The notes under the pieces were generated by a model that saw only the letters and a list, made by a program, of their open reading frames with translations, was not told the DNA's origin and made no database searches. From the NCBI RefSeq assembly GCF_009914755.1, contig NC_060939.1: DNA of 64,000 bases; one strand, written 5' to 3'. This stretch comes from the human T2T-CHM13v2.0 reference genome, Homo sapiens. The translations under genes and the position numbers were made by a program. Of this stretch, positions 1 to 13,800 are shown in pieces. The stretch's first letter is position 1. Each line of letters starts with the position of its first letter.

Positions 1-16
1 TTTGATTCCATAACAT

Positions 17-3000
17 TTGAGTCCATTCAATTCCATTCCTTTCGTTTCCATTCCATTTGATGCCATTCCATTCAATTCTGTTCTACTCGACTCCAATACA
101 TTCAATTCCATTCCATCCGATTCCATTACATTCTTTTCATTTCTTATCCATTTCAAGCCATTCCACTCCATTCCATTCCACTCGTTTCCTTTCCATTCGA
201 GTCCATTCCTCTCCAGTCCATTCCGTTCAATCCATTCCATTCCAGTCCATTCCATTCGAGTCCGTTCCATTCCAGTCCATTCCATTCGAGTCAATTCCAT
301 TCCATTAGATGTCTTTCCATAACCATCCATTCCATTCTATTCCTTTCGATTCCATTCCATTCTATTTCATTCCATTCGATTCCCTTCCATTGGACTCCTT
401 TCCATTCGAGTGCATTCCATTCCGTTCCATTTCTTTCCGTTCTGTACGATTCCTACCGTTCGATTTCATTTTGTTCCAGTCCATTCCTTTCGCGTTCATT
501 CCATTCCATTTCACTCCATTCGATTCCATTCCACTCGATTCCACTTCGTTCCATTTCATTGCATTCCATTCTATTCAACTCTATTGCCTTCCATTCCTTT
601 CCATTCGATTACATTCCATGCGATTCCATTCGAAATCGAATCAATTACATTGCAAACCATTACTATTGAGTCCGTTTTATTCCAGTCCACTGCATTCTGG
701 TCCATTCCATTTGATTCCATTCCATTCTATTCCATTCCATACAGTTGCATTCCATTGGATTCCATGCTATATCTATAAATTCAATTCGAGACCATTGCTT
801 TTGAGTCCATTCTATATGATTCCTTTCCATTCAATTCCATTACATTTGGTTCAATTCCATTCCATTCCATTCCCTTTCATTCCATTCCATTTGATATCAA
901 TCCATTCGATTCCATTCCATTCGAGCACATTCCATTCGAGTCCATTCCATTCGATGCCATTCCATTTGATTCTATTCCATTACTCTCCATTCAATTCCAT
1001 TAATCTCCATTCCATTCCATTCTACTCCAACTGATTCCATTCCATTCTATTCCTTTCCATTCCATTTCATTCCATTCCATTCCATACCATTCCATTCCAT
1101 TCCATTCCAATCGTGTCCATTCCACTCCAGTCCATTCCATTCGTGTTCATTCCATTCCAATCCATTCCATTTGTGTCCACTGCATTCCATTCCACTCCAT
1201 TCCATATTATTCCATTACACTCCATTCCATTCTATTACTTTCATTTCCATTCAATTCCATTCCATTTGATTCCATTCCACTCGGTTTCATTCCATTTGAG
1301 TTCACTCCATTCCATTCCATTCCATTCCATTCAGTTCCATTCCATTCCGTTCCATTACATTCCATTCCATTCGGTACCATTCCATATTGTTCCATTCGAT
1401 TCCATTCGAATCCATTCCATTGCAGTCCATTCCATTCGATTCCATTCCATTCATTTCAATTCCATTCCATTCCATTCCATTCCACTTGATTCCTCTCCAT
1501 TCCCTTCCACTGCATTCCGTTCGATTCCATTCCATTGCATTGCATTCCATTCCATTGGATTGCATTCCATTCGATTCCATTCCATTCGAATCAATTACAT
1601 AGCAATCCATTACATTCGAGTCTATTCTCTTCCGTTCCATTCGATTTCGTTCCAATCCATTCGATTCCATTCCATTCGATTCCATTCCATACTATTGCAT
1701 TCCATTCGATTACATTATATTCGAATAAGTTCCATTCAAGACCATTTCTTTTGAGTCCATTCTATTTGAGTCCATTCCCTTTGATTCCATAACATTTGAG
1801 TCCATTCAATTCCATTCCTTTCGTTTCCATTCCATTTGATGCCATTCCATTCAATTCTGTTCTACTCGACTCCAATACATTCAATTCCATTCCATCCGAT
1901 TCCATTACATTCTTTTCATTTCTTATCCATTTCAAGCCATTCCACTCCATTCCATTCCACTCGTTTCCTTTCCATTCGAGTCCATTCCTCTCCAGTCCAT
2001 TCCGTTCAATCCATTCCATTCCAGTCCATTCCATTCGAGTCCGTTCCATTCCAGTCCATTCCATTCGAGTCAATTCCATTCCATTCGAAGTCTTTCCATA
2101 ACGATCCATTCCATTCTATTCCTTTCGATTCCATTCCATTCTATTTCATTCCATTCGATTCCCTTCCATTGGACTCCTTTCCATTCGAGTGCATTCCATT
2201 CCGTTCCATTTCTTTCCGTTCTGTACGATTCCTACCGTTCGATTTCATTTTCTTCCAGTCCATTCTTTCGCGTCCATTCCATTCCATTTCACTCCATTCG
2301 ATTCCATTCCACTCGATTCCACTTCGTTCCATTTCATTGCATTCCATTCTATTCAACTCTATTGCCTTCCATTCCATTCCATTCGATTACATTCCATGCG
2401 ATTCCATTCGAAATCGAATCAATTACATTGCAATCCATTACTATTGAGTCCGTTTTATTCCAGTCCACTGCATTCTGGTCCATTCCATTTGATTCCATTC
2501 CATTCTATTCCATTCCATACAGTTGCATTCCATTGGATTCCATGCTATATCTATAAATTCAATTCGAGACCATTGCTTTTGAGTCCATTCTATATGATTC
2601 CATTCCATTCAAGTCCATTACATTTGGTTCAATTCCATTCCATTCGGTTCAATTCCATTCCATTCCATTCCCTTCCATTCCATTCCAGTTGATATCAATC
2701 CATTGGATTCCATTCCATTCGAGCACATTCCATTCGAGTTCATTCCATTCGATGCCATTCCTTTTGATTCTATTCCATTAGTCTCCATTCAATTCCATTA
2801 ATCTCCATTCCATTCCATTCTACTCCAACTGATTCCATTCCATTCTATTCCTTTCCATTCCATTTCATTCCATTCCATTCCATTCCATTCCATTCCATTC
2901 CATTCCATTCCATTCGTGTCCATTCCACTCCAGTCCATTCCATTCGTATCCATTCCATTCCAGTCTATTCCATTTGTGTCCACTGCATTCCATTCCACTC

Positions 3001-6000
3001 CATTCCATATTATTCCATTACACTCCATTCCATTCTATTACTTTCATTTCCATTCAATTCCATTCCATTTGATTCCATTCCACTCGGTTTCATTCCATTT
3101 GAGTCCACTCCATTCCATTCCATTCCATTCAGTTCCATTCCATTCTGTTCCATTCCATTCCGTTCCATTCCATTCCATTCCATTCGGTACCATTCCATAT
3201 TGTTCCATTCGATTCCATTCGAATCCATTCCATTCCAGTCCATTCCATTCGATTCCATTCCATTCATTTCAATTCCATTCCATTCCATTCCATTACATTC
3301 CACTTGATTCCTCTCCATTCCCTTCCACTGTATTCCGTTCGATTCCATTCCATTGCATTGCATTCCATTCCATTGTATTGCATTCCATTCGATTCCATTC
3401 CATTCGAATCAATTACATAGCAATCCATTACATTCGAGTCTATTCTATTCCGTTCCATTCGATTTCGTTCCAATCCATTCGATTCCATTCCATTCGATTC
3501 CATTCCATACTATTGCATTCCATTCGATTACATTATATTCGAATAAGTTCCATTCAAGACCATTTCTTTTGAGTCCATTCTATTTGAGTCCATTCCCTTT
3601 GATTCCATAACATTTGAGTCCATTCAATTCCATTCCTTTCGTTTCCATTCCATTTGATGCCATTCCATTCAATTCTGTTCTACTCGACTCCAATACATTC
3701 AATTCCATTCCATCCGATTCCATTACATTCTTTTCATTTCTTATCCATTTCAAGCCATTCCACTCCATTCCATTCCACTCGTTTCCTTTCCATTCGAGTC
3801 CATTCCTCTCCAGTCCATTCCGTTCAATCCATTCCATTCCAGTCCATTCCATTCGAGTCCGTTCCATTCCAGTCCATTCCATTCGAGTCAATTCCATTCT
3901 ATTCGATGTCTTTCCATAACGATCCATTCCATTCTATTCCTTTCGATTCCATTCCATTCTATTTCATTCCATTCGATTCCCTTCCATTGGACTCCTTTCC
4001 ATTCGAGTGCATTGCATTCCGTTCCATTTCTTTCCGTTCTGTACGATTCCTACCGTTCGATTTCATTTTGTTCCAGTCCATTCTTTCGCGTCCATTCCAT
4101 TCCATTTCACTCCATTCGATTCCATTCCACTCGATTCCACTTCGTTCCATTTCATTGCATTCCATTCTATTCAACTCTATTGCCTTCCATTCCATTCCAT
4201 TCGATTACATTCCATGCGATTCCATTCGAAATCGAATCAATTACATTGCAATCCATTACTATTGAGTCCGTTTTATTCCAGTCCACTGCATTCTGGTCCA
4301 TTCCATTTGATTCCATTCCATTCTATTCCATTCCATACAGTTGCATTCCATTGGATTCCATGCTATATCTATAAATTCAATTCGAGACCATTGCTTTTGA
4401 GTCCATTCTATATGATTCCATTCCATTCAAGTCCATTACATTTGGTTAAATTCCATTCCATTCGGTTCAATTCCATTCCATTCCATTCCCTTCCATTCCA
4501 TTCCAGTTGATATCAATCCATTCGATTCCATTCCATTCGAGCACATTCCATTCGAGTCCATTCCATTCGATGCCATTCCATTTGATTGTATTCCATTAGT
4601 CTCCATTCAATTCCATTAATCTCCATTCCATTCCATTCTACTCCAACTGATTCCATTCCATTCTATTCCTTTCCATTCCATTTCATTCCATTCCATTCCA
4701 TTCCATTCCATTCCATTCCATTCCATTCGTGTCCATTCCACTCCAGTCCATTCCATTCGTATCCATTCCATTCCAGTCCATTCCATTTGTGTCCACTGCA
4801 TTCCATTCCACTCCATTCCATATTATTCCATTACACTCCATTCCATTCTATTACTTTCATTTCCATTCAATTCCATTCCATTTGATTCCATTCCACTCGG
4901 TTTCATTCCATTTGAGTCCACTCCATTCCATTCCATTCCATTCAGTTCCATTCCATTCTGTTCCATTCCATTCCGTTCCATTACATTCCATTCCATTCGG
5001 TACCATTCCATATTGTTCCATTCGATTCCATTCGAATCCATTCCATTCCAGTCCATTCCATTCGATTCCATTCCATTCATTTCAATTCCATTCCATTCCA
5101 TTCCATTACATTCCACTTGATTCCTCTCCATTCCCTTCCACTGCATTCCGTTCGATTCCATTCCATTGCATTGCATTCCATTCCATTGGATTGCATTCCA
5201 TTCGATTCCATTCCATTCGAATCAATTACATAGCAATCCATTACATTCGAGTCTATTCTCTTCCGTTCCATTCGATTTCGTTCCAATCCATTCGATTCCA
5301 TTCCATTCGATTCCATTCCATACTATTGCATTCCATTCGATTACATTATATTCGAATAAGTTCCATTCAAGACCATTTCTTTTGAGTCCATTCTATTTGA
5401 GTCCATTCCCTTTGATTCCATAACATTTGAGTCCATTCAATTCCATTCCTTTCGTTTCCATTCCATTTGATGCCATTCCATTCAATTCTGTTCTACTCGA
5501 CTCCAATACATTCAATTCCATTCCATCCGATTCCATTACATTCTTTTCATTTCTTATCCATTTCAAGCCATTCCACTCCATTCCATTCCACTCGTTTCCT
5601 TTCCATTCGAGTCCATTCCTCTCCAGTCCATTCCGTTCAATCCATTCCATTCCAGTCCATTCCATTCGAGTCCGTTCCATTCCAGTCCATTCCATTCGAG
5701 TCAATTCCATTCCATTAGATGTCTTTCCATAACCATCCATTCCATTCTATTCCTTTCGATTCCATTCCATTCTATTTCATTCCATTCGATTCCCTTCCAT
5801 TGGACTCCTTTCCATTCGAGTGCATTCCATTCCGTTCCATTTCTTTCCGTTCTGTACGATTCCTACCGTTCGATTTCATTTTGTTCCAGTCCATTCCTTT
5901 CGCGTTCATTCCATTCCATTTCACTCCATTCGATTCCATTCCACTCGATTCCACTTCGTTCCATTTCATTGCATTCCATTCTATTCAACTCTATTGCCTT

Positions 6001-9000
6001 CCATTCCTTTCCATTCGATTACATTCCATGCGATTCCATTCGAAATCGAATCAATTACATTGCAAACCATTACTATTGAGTCCGTTTTATTCCAGTCCAC
6101 TGCATTCTGGTCCATTCCATTTGATTCCATTCCATTCTATTCCATTCCATACAGTTGCATTCCATTGGATTCCATGCTATATCTATAAATTCAATTCGAG
6201 ACCATTGCTTTTGAGTCCATTCTATATGATTCCTTTCCATTCAATTCCATTACATTTGGTTCAATTCCATTCCATTCCATTCCCTTTCATTCCATTCCAT
6301 TTGATATCAATCCATTCGATTCCATTCCATTCGAGCACATTCCATTCGAGTCCATTCCATTCGATGCCATTCCATTTGATTCTATTCCATTACTCTCCAT
6401 TCAATTCCATTAATCTCCATTCCATTCCATTCTACTCCAACTGATTCCATTCCATTCTATTCCTTTCCATTCCATTTCATTCCATTCCATTCCATACCAT
6501 TCCATTCCATTCCATTCCAATCGTGTCCATTCCACTCCAGTCCATTCCATTCGTGTTCATTCCATTCCAATCCATTCCATTTGTGTCCACTGCATTCCAT
6601 TCCACTCCATTCCATATTATTCCATTACACTCCATTCCATTCTATTACTTTCATTTCCATTCAATTCCATTCCATTTGATTCCATTCCACTCGGTTTCAT
6701 TCCATTTGAGTTCACTCCATTCCATTCCATTCCATTCCATTCAGTTCCATTCCATTCCGTTCCATTACATTCCATTCCATTCGGTACCATTCCATATTGT
6801 TCCATTCGATTCCATTCGAATCCATTCCATTGCAGTCCATTCCATTCGATTCCATTCCATTCATTTCAATTCCATTCCATTCCATTCCATTCCACTTGAT
6901 TCCTCTCCATTCCCTTCCACTGCATTCCGTTCGATTCCATTCCATTGCATTGCATTCCATTCCATTGGATTGCATTCCATTCGATTCCATTCCATTCGAA
7001 TCAATTACATAGCAATCCATTACATTCGAGTCTATTCTCTTCCGTTCCATTCGATTTCGTTCCAATCCATTCGATTCCATTCCATTCGATTCCATTCCAT
7101 ACTATTGCATTCCATTCGATTACATTATATTCGAATAAGTTCCATTCAAGACCATTTCTTTTGAGTCCATTCTATTTGAGTCCATTCCCTTTGATTCCAT
7201 AACATTTGAGTCCATTCAATTCCATTCCTTTCGTTTCCATTCCATTTGATGCCATTCCATTCAATTCTGTTCTACTCGACTCCAATACATTCAATTCCAT
7301 TCCATCCGATTCCATTACATTCTTTTCATTTCTTATCCATTTCAAGCCATTCCACTCCATTCCATTCCACTCGTTTCCTTTCCATTCGAGTCCATTCCTC
7401 TCCAGTCCATTCCGTTCAATCCATTCCATTCCAGTCCATTCCATTCGAGTCCGTTCCATTCCAGTCCATTCCATTCGAGTCAATTCCATTCCATTCGATG
7501 TCTTTCCATAACGATCCATTCCATTCTATTCCTTTCGATTCCATTCCATTCTATTTCATTCCATTTGATTCCCTTCCATTGGACTCCTTTCCATTCGAGT
7601 GCATTCCATTCCGTTCCATTTCTTTCCGTTCTGTACGATTCCTACCGTTCGATTTCATTTTCTTCCAGTCCATTCTTTCGCGTCCTTTCCATTCCATTTC
7701 ACTCCATTCGATTCCATTCCACTCGATTCCACTTCGTTCCATTTCATTGCATTCCATTCTATTCAACTCTATTGCCTTCCATTCCATTCCATTCGATTAC
7801 ATTCCATGCGATTCCATTCGAAATCGAATCAATTACATTGCAATCCATTACTATTGAGTCCGTTTTATTCCAGTCCACTGCATTCTGGTCCATTCCATTT
7901 GATTCCATTCCATTCTATTCCATTCCATACAGTTGCATTCCATTGGATTCCATGCTATATCTATAAATTCAATTCGAGACCATTGCTTTTGAGTCCATTC
8001 TATATGATTCCATTCCATTCAAGTCCATTACATTTGGTTCAATTCCATTCCATTCGGTTCAATTCCATTCCATTCCATTCCCTTCCATTCCATTCCAGTT
8101 GATATCAATCCATTGGATTCCATTCCATTCGAGCACATTCCATTCGAGTTCATTCCATTCGATGCCATTCCATTTGATTCTATTCCATTAGTCTCCATTC
8201 AATTCCATTAATCTCCATTCCATTCCATTCTACTCCAACTGATTCCATTCCATTCTATTCCTTTCCATTCCATTTCATTCCATTCCATTCCATTCCATTC
8301 CATTCCATTCCATTCCATTCGTGTCCATTCCACTCCAGTCCATTCCATTCGTATCCATTCCATTCCAGTCTATTCCATTTGTGTCCACTGCATTCCATTC
8401 CACTCCATTCCATATTATTCCATTACACTCCATTCCATTCTATTACTTTCATTTCCATTCAATTCCATTCCATTTGATTCCATTCCACTCGGTTTCATTC
8501 CATTTGAGTCCACTCCATTCCATTCCATTCCATTCAGTTCCATTCCATTCTGTTCCATTCCATTCCGTTCCATTACATTCCATTCCATTCGGTACCATTC
8601 CATATTGTTCCATTCGATTCCATTCGAATCCATTCCATTCCAGTCCATTCCATTCGATTCCATTCCATTCATTTCAATTCCATTCCATTCCATTCCATTA
8701 CATTCCACTTGATTCCTCTCCATTCCCTTCCACTGTATTCCGTTCGATTCCATTCCATTGCATTGCATTCCATTCCATTGTATTGCATTCCATTCGATTC
8801 CATTCCATTCGAATCAATTACATAGCAATCCATTACATTCGAGTCTATTCTATTCCGTTCCATTCGATTTCGTTCCAATCCATTCGATTCCATTCCATTC
8901 GATTCCATTCCATACTATTGCATTCCATTCGATTACATTATATTCGAATAAGTTCCATTCAAGACCATTTCTTTTGAGTCCATTCTATTTGAGTCCATTC

Positions 9001-10826
9001 CCTTTGATTCCATAACATTTGAGTCCATTCAATTCCATTCCTTTCGTTTCCATTCCATTTGATGCCATTCCATTCAATTCTGTTCTACTCGACTCCAATA
9101 CATTCAATTCCATTCCATCCGATTCCATTACATTCTTTTCATTTCTTATCCATTTCAAGCCATTCCACTCCATTCCATTCCACTCGTTTCCTTTCCATTC
9201 GAGTCCATTCCTCTCCAGTCCATTCCGTTCAATCCATTCCATTCCAGTCCATTCCATTCGAGTCCGTTCCATTCCAGTCCATTCCATTCGAGTCAATTCC
9301 ATTCTATTCGATGTCTTTCCATAACGATCCATTCCATTCTATTCCTTTCGATTCCATTCCATTCTATTTCATTCCATTCGATTCCCTTCCATTGGACTCC
9401 TTTCCATTCGAGTGCATTGCATTCCATTCCATTTCTTTCCGTTCTGTACGATTCCTACCGTTCGATTTCATTTTGTTCCAGTCCATTCTTTCGCGTCCAT
9501 TCCATTCCATTTCACTCCATTCGATTCCATTCCACTCGATTCCACTTCGTTCCATTTCATTGCATTCCATTCTATTCAACTCTATTGCCTTCCATTCCAT
9601 TCCATTCGATTACATTCCATGCGATTCCATTCGAAATCGAATCAATTACATTGCAATCCATTACTATTGAGTCCGTTTTATTCCAGTCCACTGCATTCTG
9701 GTCCATTCCATTTGATTCCATTCCATTCTATTCCATTCCATACAGTTGCATTCCATTGGATTCCATGCTATATCTATAAATTCAATTCGAGACCATTGCT
9801 TTTGAGTCCATTCTATATGATTCCATTCCATTCAAGTCCATTACATTTGGTTAAATTCCATTCCATTCGGTTCAATTCCATTCCATTCCATTCCCTTCCA
9901 TTCCATTCCAGTTGATATCAATCCATTCGATTCCATTCCATTCGAGCACATTCCATTCGAGTCCATTCCATTCGATGCCATTCCATTTGATTCTATTCCA
10001 TTAGTCTCCATTCAATTCCATTAATCTCCATTCCATTCCATTCTACTCCAACTGATTCCATTCCATTCTATTCCTTTCCATTCCATTTCATTCCATTCCA
10101 TTCCATTCCATTCCATTCCATTCCATTCGTGTCCATTCCACTCCAGTCCATTCCATTCGTATCCATTCCATTCCAGTCCATTCCATTTGTGTCCACTGCA
10201 TTCCATTCCACTCCATTCCATATTATTCCATTACACTCCATTCCATTCTATTACTTTCATTTCCATTCAATTCCATTCCATTTGATTCCATTCCACTCGG
10301 TTTCATTCCATTTGAGTCCACTCCATTCCATTCCATTCCATTCAGTTCCATTCCATTCTGTTCCATTCCATTCCGTTCCATTACATTCCATTCCATTCGG
10401 TACCATTCCATATTGTTCCATTCGATTCCATTCGAATCCATTCCATTCCAGTCCATTCCATTCGATTCCATTCCATTCATTTCAATTCCATTCCATTCCA
10501 TTCCATTACATTCCACTTGATTCCTCTCCATTCCCTTCCACTGCATTCCGTTCGATTCCATTCCATTGCATTGCATTCCATTCCATTGGATTGCATTCCA
10601 TTCGATTCCATTCCATTCGAATCAATTACATAGCAATCCATTACATTCGAGTCTATTCTCTTCCGTTCCATTCGATTTCGTTCCAATCCATTCGATTCCA
10701 TTCCATTCGATTCCATTCCATACTATTGCATTCCATTCGATTACATTATATTCGAATAAGTTCCATTCAAGACCATTTCTTTTGAGTCCATTCTATTTGA
10801 GTCCATTCCCTTTGATTCCATAACAT
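17..10826 (+). repeat. 3-unit tandem duplication (U1-U3 / U4-U6), offset 5410 bp
   Basis: U1 and U4 share otherwise private variants (CCATTAGATG, TAACCATCC, CGCGTTCATT, TACTCTCC, CCATACCAT). U2/U5 and U3/U6 also share markers. Confidence 0.9.
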
Positions 10827-13800
10827 TTGAGTCCATTCAATTCCATTCCTTTCGTTTCCATTCCATTTGATGCCATTCCATTCAATTCTGTTCTACTCGA
10901 CTCCAATACATTCAATTCCATTCCATCCGATTCCATTACATTCTTTTCATTTCTTATCCATTTCAAGCCATTCCACTCCATTCCATTCCACTCGTTTCCT
11001 TTCCATTCGAGTCCATTCCTCTCCAGTCCATTCCGTTCAATCCATTCCATTCCAGTCCATTCCATTCGAGTCCGTTCCATTCCAGTCCATTCCATTCGAG
11101 TCAATTCCATTCCATTCGATGTCTTTCCATAACGATCCATTCCATTCTATTCCTTTCGATTCCATTCCATTCTATTTCATTCCATTCGATTCCCTTCCAT
11201 TGGACTCCTTTCCATTCGAGTGCATTCCATTCCGTTCCATTTCTTTCCGTTCTGTACGATTCCTACCGTTCGATTTCATTTTTTTCCAGTCCATTCTTTC
11301 GCGTCCATTCCATTCCATTTCACTCCATTCGATTCCATTCCACTCGATTCCACTTCGTTCCATTTCATTGCATTCCATTCTATTCAACTCTATTGCCTTC
11401 CATTCCATTCCATTCGATTACATTCCATGCGATTCCATTCGAAATCGAATCAATTACATTGCAATTCATTACTATTGAGTCCGTTTTATTCCAGTCCACG
11501 GCATTCTGGTCCATTCCATTTGATTCCATTCCATTCTATTCCATTCCATACAGTTGCATTCCATTGGATTCCATGCTATATCTATAAATTCAATTCGAGA
11601 CCATTGCTTTTGAGTCCATTCTATATGATTCCATTCCATTCAAGTCCATTACATTTGGTTAAATTCCATTCCATTCGGTTCAATTCCATTCCATTCCATT
11701 CCCTTCCATTCCATTCCAGTTGATATCAATCCATTCGATTCCATTCCATTCGAGCACATTCCATTCGAGTCCATTCCATTCGATGCCATTCCATTTGATT
11801 CTATTCCATTAGTCTCCATTCAATTCCATTAATCTCCATTCCATTCCATTCTACTCCAACTGATTCCATTCCATTCTATTCCTTTCCATTCCATTTCATT
11901 CCATTCCATTCCATTCCATTCCATTCCATTCCATTCGTGTCCTTTCCACTCCAGTCCATTCCATTCGTATCCATTCCATTCCAGTCCATTCCATTTGTGT
12001 CCACTGCATTCCATTCCACTCCATTCCATATTATTCCATTACACTCCATTCCATTCTATTACTTTCATTTCCATTCAATTCCATTCCATTTGATTCCATT
12101 CCACTCGGTTTCATTCCATTTGAGTCCACTCCATTCCATTCCATTCCATTCAGTTCCATTCCATTCTGTTCCATTCCATTCCATTCCATTCGGTACCATT
12201 CCATATTGTTCCATTCGATTCCATTCGAATCCATTCCATTCCAGTCCATTCCATTCGATTCCATTCCATTCATTTCAATTCCATTCCATTCCATTCCATT
12301 ACATTCCACTTGATTCCTCTCCATTCCCTTCCACTGCATTCCGTTCGATTCCATTCCATTGCATTGCATTCCATTCCATTGGATTGCATTCCATTCGATT
12401 CCATTCCATTCGAATCAATTACATAGCAATCCATTACATTCGAGTCTATTCTCTTCCGTTCCATTCGATTTCGTTCCAATCCATTCGATTCCATTCCATT
12501 CGATTCCATTCCATACTATTGCATTCCATTCGATTACATTATATTCGAATAAGTTCCATTCAAGACCATTTCTTTTGAGTCCATTCTATTTGAGTCCATT
12601 CCCTTTGATTCCATAACATTTGAGTCCATTCAATTCCATTCCTTTCGTTTCCATTCCATTTGATGCCATTCCATTCAATTCTGTTCTACTCGACTCCAAT
12701 ACATTCAATTCCATTCCATCCGATTCCATTACATTCTTTTCATTTCTTATCCATTTCAAGCCATTCCACTCCATTCCATTCCACTCGTTTCCTTTCCATT
12801 CGAGTCCATTCCTCTCCAGTCCATTCCGTTCAATCCATTCCATTCCAGTCCATTCCATTCGAGTCCGTTCCATTCCAGTCCATTCCATTCGAGTCAATTC
12901 CATTCCATTCGATGTCTTTCCATAACGATCCATTCCATTCTATTCCTTTCGATTCCATTCCATTCTATTTCATTCCATTCGATTCCCTTCCATTGGACTC
13001 CTTTCCATTCGAGTGCATTCCATTCCGTTCCATTTCTTTCCGTTCTGTACGATTCCTACCGTTCGATTTCATTTTTTTCCAGTCCATTCTTTCGCGTCCA
13101 TTCCATTCCATTTCACTCCATTCGATTCCATTCCACTCGATTCCACTTCGTTCCATTTCATTGCATTCCATTCTATTCAACTCTATTGCCTTCCATTCCA
13201 TTCCATTCGATTACATTCCATGCGATTCCATTCGAAATCGAATCAATTACATTGCAATTCATTACTATTGAGTCCGTTTTATTCCAGTCCACGGCATTCT
13301 GGTCCATTCCATTTGATTCCATTCCATTCTATTCCATTCCATACAGTTGCATTCCATTGGATTCCATGCTATATCTATAAATTCAATTCGAGACCATTGC
13401 TTTTGAGTCCATTCTATATGATTCCATTCCATTCAAGTCCATTACATTTGGTTAAATTCCATTCCATTCGGTTCAATTCCATTCCATTCCATTCCCTTCC
13501 ATTCCATTCCAGTTGATATCAATCCATTCGATTCCATTCCATTCGAGCACATTCCATTCGAGTCCATTCCATTCGATGCCATTCCATTTGATTCTATTCC
13601 ATTAGTCTCCATTCAATTCCATTAATCTCCATTCCATTCCATTCTACTCCAACTGATTCCATTCCATTCTATTCCTTTCCATTCCATTTCATTCCATTCC
13701 ATTCCATTCCATTCCATTCCATTCCATTCCATTCGTGTCCTTTCCACTCCAGTCCATTCCATTCGTATCCATTCCATTCCAGTCCATTCCATTTGTGTCC

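Noticed and set aside
889-902. Short palindrome TTGATATCAA around the EcoRV site as a hairpin or terminator
   Set aside because: It is only about 10-12 bp and AT-rich, with no context supporting a function. It is lost in U30 and U36.
1720-1735. Canonical heat-shock element around TTCGAATAAGTTCC
   Set aside because: The spacing does not fit nGAAnnTTCnnGAAn. The GAA units in the array are mostly head-to-tail.
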